This document shows, piece by piece, positions 28,709-38,754 of a stretch of DNA of 64,000 nt (the first letter of the stretch is position 1; every line of letters begins with the position of its first letter). Source of the stretch: a virus; IMG/VR virus record IMGVR_UViG_3300034062_004313, positions 1 to 64,000 of that record. One strand, written 5' to 3'. The position numbers and the translations under genes are program-made. The notes below the pieces were generated by a model, which was given only the letters and a program-made list of their open reading frames with translations, was not told the DNA's origin and did no database searches.

Positions 28709-30969
28709 TTACATTTCAAATTCTTCTAATAAAATTACTTCTTCTAATCTTTTTTCACTGGGTATATTAAACACACTATTACAACTCATACATATAGATT
28801 CATAAGAATCTCCTTGAGTTAAATTTGTACTATTACAACAAGGACATTCATTTATATCTAAACAATCTTGAATATATTCATCATCATCATTAGTAAATGT
28901 AAATTGTTCACAATAATGCCAAGAGTTATATTCTTTTTTAGAAGGAACATCAGATTGAAAATACCAATCATCTATATCATAATTTGATTTGCTCCATTTT
29001 TTATATTGAACATATTCATTCTCGGCTTTATGTTCCCATCTTTTATGAGATAGACTTTCTACTAATTCAAATGCATAATTAACAGCATTTTCAAATTCAG
29101 GAACTATTATTACTTCTTCAGCATAATGTTCATTTATATAGCCTATACTGTAATTAAAAGCACAACAATCTGCTCCTCTTTTAGATAGTTCTCCAACCTT
29201 TTTGTTCAAAATGAGTCGTTAATTCATTCCCGTAAATTAATACAGCTCATAATTTCTTATGAGAACAGACTATATCATCTTCCTAATATTTAGGAAGCTT
29301 TCTATTTTGAATCACTTGATTCTACTCCGCACAACCAGATAGTCGTTGAACCTTCATCCTTTCACTAGGATGCTTGGCTGCTGATTGCCCAATCCTTGTT
29401 TCTTTTACTATACTATAGTCATTGCTGCTACAGAGAGTGTACAAGGCTCTAAGGGGTTTCCAGTCAATTAAGAAAGTACAAAATAAATATTGCTATTTAT
29501 TTGGACATTTGACAAAAATACCTTATATTGTGTATATAAAATATAAATTATGGTTAATAAATTAAATAATTCTGATATTCCTACTCTTATTGAAATGTAC
29601 AATAAAAAAGAAAAAACTGCTACAATTGCTAAGTATTTTAATGTAACAGGTGCTACAATACATAACTATTTAAAAAATAATGTCAATAACTTTGAACCAA
29701 CTTTTTCAAGAAGAAAATATTCAATAAATGATAATTACTTTGAAAAAATAGATACAGAAGATAAAGCTTATTTTTTAGGTCTTTTGTATGCAGATGGAAA
29801 TGTTTATCTTAAAACAAATAGAATAAAATTATCTTTAGTTGAAAAAGATAAAGATATACTAGAAAAATTTAAAAAATTAATAGAAAGTAATAACCCTATT
29901 ACATATTATAATAGAACTAATAAAAATGAAAATTGGCAAAATGTTTATGAATTTGCATTTACATCTAAAAAAGTAACTAATGATTTAATTAAATTAGGTT
30001 GTATTCCTAGAAAAACATATTTTCTTAAATTTCCAACAGAAGAACAAGTTCCAAGCCATCTTATTCATCATTTCATTCGTGGATATTTTGATGGAGATGG
30101 ATGTGTTCTAATTACTAAGAAATATAAAAATTTAAATATCAGATTTGATGGAACTATTGAGTTCCTTAGTTCTTTACAACAATATATCTCTACAAAATTA
30201 AATTTACCAATAAATAAACTTGGTAAAAGACATAAAGATAGAGTAGATAATATTTATAATCTCTCTTATGGAGGAAATATTCTTTGTAAAAAACTATTTA
30301 ATTTATTTTATAATAACGCTAATTTATATTTAGATAGAAAATATAAAATATTTAAGTCAATTTATCTGTAAACATACAACATTGATAAGCATATCCATAT
30401 TTTTTATTAATGTGTTTTGTTGCTTTTTTAAAATTTTCTGAAACTGTGATTACACCATTTGTTGATTCACTAATATCTCTTTTATATGAATTTCTATCTC
30501 CTTGTATAAGGAAAGAACAATCTTTAAAAAATTGTATATCAGCATTTTTAGAACCTATTGCTCCCACTTCTTCTGATTTAGCAAAAAAACATTTAATATT
30601 ATCAAATTTCTGTAGAGCTAAAAGATTTAACATACAACCTAATTTATCATCTGCTCCTAATCCACATTGTATCATAGCTGTATTATCCATTCCAAATATA
30701 TAATCCTTATTCCAAATAATACTAAAATCTTTAATTTCATCTTGATTTATATCAACATGGGCTACAAAACATGGATATATTTCAGCTTCTCCCTTAGTTA
30801 CATATAAATTACCAAACTTATCCTTCTCAAATGATACACTTTTTATATTGTCAAATATCCAACTCTGAAGAAAGTTTATCATAACATCTTCTTCTTTTGT
30901 TTGAGAATGACTTCTAATTTCTAATAGTTTGTGTAATAACCTGTATTGTTCTTTATCAAATTTATACAT
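28709..30969 (-). CDS. Spliced M28/M20-like Zn peptidase with C-terminal Zn ribbon, join(30364..30969,28709..29197), 364 aa
   Basis: AHVD, GADDKLG, SEEVG, QGDR; splicing restores MFTD|VGELSKRG...NYSIGYINEH; C-terminal CPCC...CMSC. Confidence 0.85.
29198..30363 (-). ncRNA. Group I self-splicing intron 2 (1166 nt) with antisense endonuclease gene in L1
   Basis: 5' exon ends in U, terminal G. P1 is GAU|AAAUUGAC with GUCAAAUGUC (29513-29504). P2 has a GCAA tetraloop (29481-29502). Core P AAUUGACUGGAAAC, Q AAUCAGCAGCC, R GUUCAACGACUA, S AUGAUAUAGUCU. Confidence 0.93.
29500..29531 (+). promoter_or_regulatory. Promoter for the antisense endonuclease gene
   Basis: TTTG-N20-TATATTGT ending 18 nt before ATG 29550. 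Confidence 0.6.
29550..30371 (+). CDS. LAGLIDADG homing endonuclease with N-terminal HTH, antisense to its intron
   Basis: AYFLGLLYADG and HFIRGYFDGDG motifs; the only convincing + strand gene in the 60 kb minus-strand region. Confidence 0.9.
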   Translation: MVNKLNNSDIPTLIEMYNKKEKTATIAKYFNVTGATIHNYLKNNVNNFEPTFSRRKYSINDNYFEKIDTEDKAYFLGLLYADGNVYLKTNRIKLSLVEKDKDILEKFKKLIESNNPITYYNRTNKNENWQNVYEFAFTSKKVTNDLIKLGCIPRKTYFLKFPTEEQVPSHLIHHFIRGYFDGDGCVLITKKYKNLNIRFDGTIEFLSSLQQYISTKLNLPINKLGKRHKDRVDNIYNLSYGGNILCKKLFNLFYNNANLYLDRKYKIFKSIYL

Positions 30970-32272
30970 GTTCTAATAATTTATAAGTGCTTGTTTCTTC
31001 ATCGTATTCTAATTCTTTTTCTTTTATCCAATCATCTTCTTCTTCTACGTAAATAAAATTATCATCCCCCCTAATAAAATATACATCATGATATTCTGAT
31101 TTTAATAAATTACTGTCATCTTGATAAGCATAATCACCATCATATAACTCTATTGCATTATCACAATGACAATGTATTCCATTATATAAACAAATTACAT
31201 CATTTTCATGACATATTCCATCATGATAAGTATCTTCACTATCATTTCGCAATATAATATCTCCATTATAATCTGTCACCCAACATCTTTCACAAACATA
31301 TTCTTCTTGTCTTCTACCCCTTGTTATTCTATTAAAATCATCATCGGAATCATGGTTTGAATCACAACAATCACAATAATAAGAATCTTCTTCATTATTT
31401 ACTAATGAACCATCCGTTTCCTGTAAATTTTCTTCTCCTCTATTAGATATGTAATGTCCATCTAAACAACAAAGTGTATCAGCATAAGGATAATAATCTA
31501 AATCATGTTGTCCATACTGTAGTTTTATAGTTATATCTCTTGAAATAAAGGGTTTAATTATATTTTTATTAGAAATGTTTATATATCCAAGCTTTTCTAA
31601 ACAATTCTGCATTGACATGTTAATTTCATTATTAACAGCATATATTCTATCATAATAAGTAGTTTCACTATCAGGATGCCATAATATACAACGAGATTTC
31701 ACTCTTTCTGAATCTGTAAGAATAACAGCTAAACTAACTTGTTTTTCATTTAAAGAATATATATCTAAATAATCTTGACAACTTTCATAACGCATACAAC
31801 TAGCAAAAATATCAGAATTATTTCCATCTGATTGTTTACCATAATTTGAATAATTATCTTCTAAGTAATATTTCTTAATATCATCTCCTTTAACTATACA
31901 AACAATAGATGTGTCTATACACTCATAACACTGTTTATTTTGGAAAGTATATAATTGTACAAAACGTTCTAACATCTTATCAGGAATAAGTGGAATAAGT
32001 TTTTTAATTACTTTACCTGCTGTAGACATTATTCTTTTATCTGGATTCCAGCAATCTGAATAATTTAAAGTTTCTATCTTTTTTTTATCAAGAAAACTTA
32101 TCATATTATGATTATCTCTTGCTATACCAAAATAATTTCTATAATCTTTATGTTCTTCATCTAAATTTAACTCAAATATTTTTAAAAATTCTTCTTTAAA
32201 TTCTTCTTTTTCTGAATCTAATACAGAACATATTCTATGTCTTAATTCATCTGAAATTGTAATATATATCAT
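30962..32272 (-). CDS. Conserved phage protein (SCM / DRIY / PYxDT family) with C-terminal Cys/His-rich repeats
   Basis: ASCMRY, RCILW, YYDRIY, YPYADT followed by CxxC repeats; coupled to the peptidase gene. Confidence 0.6.
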   Translation of the reverse strand: MIYITISDELRHRICSVLDSEKEEFKEEFLKIFELNLDEEHKDYRNYFGIARDNHNMISFLDKKKIETLNYSDCWNPDKRIMSTAGKVIKKLIPLIPDKMLERFVQLYTFQNKQCYECIDTSIVCIVKGDDIKKYYLEDNYSNYGKQSDGNNSDIFASCMRYESCQDYLDIYSLNEKQVSLAVILTDSERVKSRCILWHPDSETTYYDRIYAVNNEINMSMQNCLEKLGYINISNKNIIKPFISRDITIKLQYGQHDLDYYPYADTLCCLDGHYISNRGEENLQETDGSLVNNEEDSYYCDCCDSNHDSDDDFNRITRGRRQEEYVCERCWVTDYNGDIILRNDSEDTYHDGICHENDVICLYNGIHCHCDNAIELYDGDYAYQDDSNLLKSEYHDVYFIRGDDNFIYVEEEDDWIKEKELEYDEETSTYKLLEHV

Positions 32273-33588
32273 TCGAATAGTTTTCCTTGTTTTTTATTTT
32301 GAAAATTTAATTGTTCTCCATCCATAAGCATAATTTCATCCTTAACTATAGATAAATGCACCAATGCACTAAATACTTGTTCATATAAAAGAGAAGACGG
32401 GATAGCTTTCCCGTCTAAGTCTTCTTCAAGTTCTTTCTTATATGCTTTTAATGCTGGTTCTGCTTTCTTTATTAATATTCTTAAACTTTGTTCTACTTCT
32501 TTTTTTAATTTCATATTAAATCTTTTATATCAAATCCATCTGTAAAATATTCTACACCGCTATATTTACCAGAAGCTGTAATAATAAAATCACCATCTTT
32601 ATAAAACCTTATGATATTATATACTATCTGGTCTTCTGGTTCAAGAAATAGATTTTTATTTTCTTTATACCATTCTTCATCAAGGAATGCCCAATCAAAA
32701 TCTCCTTCTATAAAGTCTTGTAATTCTTCTTCTACATCAAAAAATTCTACACCAAAGTTTGCAAAATATTCTAGAGAAAAGAAATCATCTTTAATATTAT
32801 CTATTGTTTCTTTACATCTAAGAAGAAAATCTTTATTAACATAGAATATACAAACATCTATATTTAAAAATTCATCATTATTAAATGCTTTTGCTATTAC
32901 TATTCCTGTGTTTTCTTTACTAAATTTCATTTATTTTTAAATTTTTAACAATTATTTCATTCTCAAATGCATATGGAATTATACTCGTTATCTTCCATAT
33001 TTTCATCAAACTCTTTTTTAAGTTTTAAGTATTGTTCATATCTCTCTTTCTTACTTTCTTCTCTTTTATTTTTCCAGAATAGTTCTCTTTCTTCTATTTC
33101 TTCTGGAGTTTCTTCTATATCTCTATATACTGCTATAAAAGTATTTTCATTATCATCAAATCTATTAGGATGCTCTACTACAATATAATCAGTTGATAGT
33201 AAATCTACTTCAAATTTAGACACTCGAATTTTATCATAATGTCCATCTAACTCTTTTTCAAAAATGCACTTGTTAATAATCATATTTATTCTTTCTTTTA
33301 AACCAACTCATGATTCGTATTTAGTTTGTATTATTCTTGAATCTTGTATAATTCTATCTTTTGGGCTTGCACAAGCTTTTAAAAGAACATGAGAGTCTTC
33401 ATTATGCATATGTAATCCTATCCACCACATTTTTCCTTGAAATTCTCTAAGTCTTATCCATTTGTACATGTAATAATGTTTTCTACCTCTACCTTGTTCA
33501 TTTACTCCTTTAAAGTGATAAATTTGTAGTAGGTCATATTCTTTTATTTCTCTTCCTTTTCCATCAAAATAAGGTGCTTCTATTTCCA

Positions 33589-34335
33589 TTAAAAATAAAA
33601 ATCTGCTGGAATCTCTTTGGGTTCCATTGTTATTGAATCATTTTCATACCACCACTTCAAATCAAAACCATTATTATCTTTTACGATTTTAGCTACATTC
33701 CGAAATGTGTTCTCACTATCCCAATCAGTTTGATTATATGCTGCACTAGCTGGATGGTCAAGCTTAAAACATCTTTGAAATGGATATAACCACTTTTCAA
33801 CTTTATGTGTGTTTTTTCCCAAGAGTATAACTGGAACTCCTGTAACACCTATAATATCCTTTATAAATGCTTCTGTGAATGGTTCCCACAATTTGTTATG
33901 ACTTTCAGCTTTCATATGTTCTACAGTAAGCCCAAAGTTATACATTAATACTCCTTCTTTACCTAAATAGGATAAATCACATTTACGTTCTATAATTTGT
34001 TCAGGAAACTCTTTCTGTATACTATCATACCACTTCTCTAATGAAGGTTGTTCTTTATTAGTATTTGAGCAAGAGAGAGCTATACCATCAGCAATTATCA
34101 CTTTTTCCTTTGTTATAGAGTGGTAAGGACATAAACCCACGACCAAAACCTTTAGATTATTATAATCACATTCTTTGAAAGCTCTGAATGTTTGTGTACT
34201 ATCAGGAAATATCTTCTTTCCACGTTTGCTTAATAGTTGTAATTCTGCTAATATTGGTTCTAAGTGTTGAACCACTCCTTTTTGTTGGAGTGGTTCAAAC
34301 CAAGAACTTAAATTTTCTTCTAAATTTTTAATCAT
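33589..34335 (-). CDS. ung: Uracil-DNA glycosylase family 1-like protein with variant active site
   Basis: IFP...FRAF...KVLVVGLCPYH (canonical GQDPYH), ADGIALS, QPSL, GVLMYN, HxxLWEPF, LLG, DHPAS. Confidence 0.8.
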   Translation of the reverse strand: MIKNLEENLSSWFEPLQQKGVVQHLEPILAELQLLSKRGKKIFPDSTQTFRAFKECDYNNLKVLVVGLCPYHSITKEKVIIADGIALSCSNTNKEQPSLEKWYDSIQKEFPEQIIERKCDLSYLGKEGVLMYNFGLTVEHMKAESHNKLWEPFTEAFIKDIIGVTGVPVILLGKNTHKVEKWLYPFQRCFKLDHPASAAYNQTDWDSENTFRNVAKIVKDNNGFDLKWWYENDSITMEPKEIPADFYF

Positions 34336-34546
34336 AATCTTCTATTTCTGGTTCATATACTTCTGCTCTATAATCAACTTTAAAAAAGAAATCATCAATC
34401 ATATTAATATGAGTTTCAAATCCTTCATCTGATTTATCCCAATCTCCACATAATGCCATTTCTGCATCTATACGAAGAGTATTAAGTATTTCACAAGATT
34501 CTTTTAAATGTTGTTCTGTTTGATGTAATTTTTCTACTATATTCAT

Positions 34547-35341
34547 CTATGAATAAATTAAATGATTTTCAAAACTATCTTCCATCATTTCAAAATTAAT
34601 ATCTTCTATACTTTGCCTAATAAACCTATCTTCAAATTCAGAAGTGATAAAATCAGTAATATCCCTATGATGTTTAAAATAATCAGTAGGATGTGCTCTT
34701 TTAGCAACATGTGTTAGGTGATTGTAAAATTCCCATGCTGTATTATTATTACCACCATAATCATAGGTTGGCTTATTAATCTCTGCTTTCAAATCAGACA
34801 TTTGACGAGGATTAAGAATATCTTGTGTAATGAACATTCTTCCACAAAGTTCAGCCATTTCAATATGAGAAACATCAACCTTCTTCAAATTCTCACGAAG
34901 GTCTACTAATTCCTTAAATTCATCTACTGCTTTTTCCATTTCCTTATCAAATGTTAAGAATGCTTCAACATCAACATCTCCCATATGCTTACGCTTATAG
35001 TTAAACTTATCTCCTGCTATCATACCATTATCACAAACGAATACAGAAGCACCCATCGCATACTTGAATGATGTCTTCTTATTATAACTATTGATAAATG
35101 CTACCATAAGCCCCATTTCACTATCACCATGATTTAATGTAAAGCTACCAGTAGCAATATTACCACCTTCTGCTGATTTATAAACCTCATTCCTTACATG
35201 ATAACCAAACTTACTAAATGTATTCTTCATGTTCTTTATTGCTTCATCATGTGAAACAACCGTATACCTTCCACCTTCAAAATTTGGAAGTGTTACTGCG
35301 CTTAAAAATCCTTGTTCTACAAATTGTGTTTTACGTGCCAT
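34547..35341 (-). CDS. DUF932/DUF945 family protein
   Basis: YTVVSH, NSYNK, VFVCDNG, RKH, TAWEFYNHLTH. Confidence 0.75.
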   Translation of the reverse strand: MARKTQFVEQGFLSAVTLPNFEGGRYTVVSHDEAIKNMKNTFSKFGYHVRNEVYKSAEGGNIATGSFTLNHGDSEMGLMVAFINSYNKKTSFKYAMGASVFVCDNGMIAGDKFNYKRKHMGDVDVEAFLTFDKEMEKAVDEFKELVDLRENLKKVDVSHIEMAELCGRMFITQDILNPRQMSDLKAEINKPTYDYGGNNNTAWEFYNHLTHVAKRAHPTDYFKHHRDITDFITSEFEDRFIRQSIEDINFEMMEDSFENHLIYS

Positions 35342-35345
35342 AATT

Positions 35346-35687
35346 TTAATTTATTGTAATTGTTTTTTCTTCTATTTTTTGTTCTATAATTTCTGCTATT
35401 TCTTCAAAAGATACCCCTTCATCATTTTTATTAGCTAAATCCATCCATTCAACATTTCCTATTAGTTCATCAAATAAGCTGTAATTATATCTTTTACCAT
35501 CTAATAACATATAATCATCAGGGTCAGACTGGGAGGCAAAAGAGCAATATGGTTCAAATCCATTAATTTTAGCCCATACACCTAAACAGCAAAATCCTTT
35601 ATTATCTGTAAGAGTTCCTTGACATTGTTGATAATCTCCACTGCGTAGAGCTTGTATCCATTCTTTTTTATTTACTGATACTTTCAT
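35346..35687 (-). CDS. Conserved small phage protein
   Basis: WIQALRSGDYQQ..G.L....FCCLGV...ND...SFEEIA motif. Confidence 0.6.
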   Translation of the reverse strand: MKVSVNKKEWIQALRSGDYQQCQGTLTDNKGFCCLGVWAKINGFEPYCSFASQSDPDDYMLLDGKRYNYSLFDELIGNVEWMDLANKNDEGVSFEEIAEIIEQKIEEKTITIN

Positions 35688-35866
35688 AAATTAAATTGTG
35701 AAATTTTCTTGTATTTCTTTTTTAATATCTACTAATTGATTTATTAAATCTTCTAAATCTTCTAAATCATCTAATCTAATGATAAATTTATTAAAATCTA
35801 ATAATATAGATTTATTTATTAAATCTCCATCTTTATCATACTCATTTACTGAAAATAATATTTCTT

Positions 35867-36214
35867 TCATTTTACCACTTTAAATAATACTTTTTCTATT
35901 TTGTATCCTTGATTAATAAACTCCTTTAAACTATTCTGATTACAATGTGCATAAACTTCTTTATGTGTATCTCCAATAAGAAAGTTCCTATAATTACAAA
36001 GAAGTTTATATATACCATGTCCTCTATGTTCTTCTTTAACATAATCATGACATAAGTATATAACATGTTCATGTTCTACCCATCCTGCTATACCAACTAA
36101 TACACTATCTGTATTAAAACATCCTATATAGTTAGCATAAGCATCAATTAAATCTGGCTTTATAAGAAGAAACTCTTCTTTAACTTTATTAAGATATATT
36201 CTTTCTAAATTCAT
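35867..36214 (-). CDS. GNAT acetyltransferase
   Basis: Acetyl-CoA motif VKEEHRGHGIYKLL; S..EF...GY. Confidence 0.75.
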   Translation of the reverse strand: MNLERIYLNKVKEEFLLIKPDLIDAYANYIGCFNTDSVLVGIAGWVEHEHVIYLCHDYVKEEHRGHGIYKLLCNYRNFLIGDTHKEVYAHCNQNSLKEFINQGYKIEKVLFKVVK

Positions 36215-36437
36215 ATTTCATTTTTTAACCAAACCACTATATCTCCTCTAAAATCTGAACTAATTCCCATTTTTGCACTACAAACTAAACATTTTTTATA
36301 AATGTAAGTTTTCTTACTCTTTTCAAGAACTTTATAATAAAACTCTTCAGAATATTTTTTATCACAATTAGGACATTTAAAATCTGTCTCTGCTAAAGAT
36401 AATATTCCATTAGGTATAAGTATTGAATGTCCCATAA

Positions 36438-36950
36438 CTACCAAGGTAAATCATCAATTAAATCACTAATTACTTTCATACTATTTTCAATATCTTCTTT
36501 ATGTTTTGGATTCTTTTCAGCATAACATTGTTTTGCTTGTAGAACATAATTAACATTTTGTATACATATTTCTCTTCCAAGAAATTTCACCTTACTATGT
36601 TGAAGTTCTTCTTGACTAACTTTAAAACAGCAAGTATTAACACCCTTAATTTTAACACTTGTTCTTTGAATTGGTTCTCCATTCATATCTGTTACTGTAT
36701 CAGATTCTACTGTAGTATCACCATTTTCAGTAAACATTTTCCAAAAACCACTTTCTCTACCCCTACAATAATCCAAACTATCTCCTTTTATAAAGAACAA
36801 ATCAATATCTTTTACAGGTCTATCTATAAGATTAATAGCATTTAAAGCTATACTACCACCAAATATTGCATGGGGCATATGTTTAATAATTAAATCAATT
36901 GCTCCCAATATTTCGGAAGATACATTTCCTTCTTTTTCTAAATTATTCAT
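36438..36950 (-). CDS. Pol-beta-like nucleotidyltransferase
   Basis: FGGSIAL...RPVKDIDL; C-terminal K...KHxxD. Confidence 0.7.
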   Translation of the reverse strand: MNNLEKEGNVSSEILGAIDLIIKHMPHAIFGGSIALNAINLIDRPVKDIDLFFIKGDSLDYCRGRESGFWKMFTENGDTTVESDTVTDMNGEPIQRTSVKIKGVNTCCFKVSQEELQHSKVKFLGREICIQNVNYVLQAKQCYAEKNPKHKEDIENSMKVISDLIDDLPW

Positions 36951-37815
36951 TTTATATTATTTATGATTTCTTCCCACTCTTCTTTTTTAATATATCCTGT
37001 TTCACCCGCATAATATTTTGATTCTTGTAACTTTTGAATTTTATTTACATGATGTTTAGTAAATTCTATCATTAATGTTTTTACTATTTTAGAATCTATT
37101 GCTTTTAATTTTTCATAATTAAAACCATAAGAAATAGAATTTTCTTTATTTATTAATTGTTTTGCTGTCATAATAATTCTATTTGTGGTGCATTTAAAAT
37201 ACTATCTCTATTTATTGTAAAATCTACAGGAATATAGTCTTCATATCCTATATCTTCAAAAAAATGATTACGATATTCTGTACTTTTAACTTTATCATCG
37301 TCCACAGGGTCTAAATAATCTTTTCTAATTTTTACATTTTCAACTACATTAAGTCTATCTAACTTAATCATTTCTTTTGCATATTCTTTCATTGCTTGTT
37401 CTACAACTCCTTTTCTCCAAATAATATGATTGTATTCATCTATTTCAAGATGATTTTTTAATATTTTATCTGCTGTCATAATTTTTCATTATTAAACCAT
37501 TTTCCCCAATATTCTTTTTCGTGAGGATTTTCTTTTAAAAAGAAAATAATCATTTCATCTATAAACTCTTGATAAGAATATAAATCATTTTTTAAATGTT
37601 CTAATATTTCTTCTTCTGTCATAATTTTACTATTTTACTTGATACTTGTTCATATTTTCTTTTTCCAACCTTCTTTAATTTAGTTTCTACAATAACATTA
37701 AGATTTCCATATTCATGTCTATTATTAATTGCTTCTTGTAATGTATCACACACTTCAAAACAATAAGCATCATCTGGACGGTCTATATATCTACTATCAT
37801 ATATTTCGTATACTG

Positions 37816-38592
37816 TCATAAATTTGTATTGATAAAATTCTTTAAAATCTTAATTTCATTTTGTAATGCTTCATATCTCCTACCACTTGTCCATTGACTG
37901 CTGCAATCTTTTTCAAGTTGTTTAATTTGCCATTCTAATATAGGTTTTGCATATAGTTTAGGTAACCATCGCCTTTTATCAAACATAGGTAATGTTCTAT
38001 ATTCAATAACATGATGAACATGTGGAAAGTTTTTAAAATCAATCATTTCAATATCCATATCAGAAATACATTGTTCAATTATAGACTCACTTCCAAAATC
38101 TCCTTGAGTAATCCATTCTTCTTTTAATTCTGGTAATTTACCATTAAAGTGATTTTTAATAATTGTATTAGCTTCTTCTGCAACTTCCCATAATTGTTTA
38201 AACTTCTCTAATGATATTTCTTTCCTAAATTGAGAATATCCTGAATAAAGATTATATGAAGCATTATATTTTCCACCTTCACTTGTTAAAGCTCTTGAAT
38301 AAATATTTCTATTATATGCAATTTGCTTCATGGATTTTTTATAGTGATTATCTGCATGAGAACAAGAAACCGTATGTTCTAATACATAAATTTCACCATC
38401 TTCTATAAAGAATTTTTCATAATATACAGCATTCATATATGCAGCAGCATGATACCTATCAAATGTATGACTACCAAAGCATTTACCTTGAAATTCTTTA
38501 ATCAATCCATCTAATTCTTGAATCCTATAATTATTCTTTTCTTGTTGTTTAGCATCTGCTAAAGCTTTTTCGGCTTGTTGTACTGCTGTCAT
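37816..38592 (-). CDS. Hypothetical protein
   Basis: 258 aa ORF with no recognised motif. Confidence 0.7.
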   Translation of the reverse strand: MTAVQQAEKALADAKQQEKNNYRIQELDGLIKEFQGKCFGSHTFDRYHAAAYMNAVYYEKFFIEDGEIYVLEHTVSCSHADNHYKKSMKQIAYNRNIYSRALTSEGGKYNASYNLYSGYSQFRKEISLEKFKQLWEVAEEANTIIKNHFNGKLPELKEEWITQGDFGSESIIEQCISDMDIEMIDFKNFPHVHHVIEYRTLPMFDKRRWLPKLYAKPILEWQIKQLEKDCSSQWTSGRRYEALQNEIKILKNFINTNL

Positions 38593-38754
38593 AATTTAAT
38601 TTTTAATTCTTGAAGAAAGTTGATAAATATATCTACACTTATATCATTTATTTCTAAATGGTGTGTTTCAGATAAAGGATATTCTCCAAAGAATTTTATT
38701 CTAAGTCTTGTCTTTTCTTCAATTCTAATTCTTTCTAGTTGGTCTTTATAATAA

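Noticed and set aside
28709-29209. Independent 166-aa gene with a TTG start
   Set aside because: The first four codons are the intron 3' end; the rest is exon 2 of the peptidase
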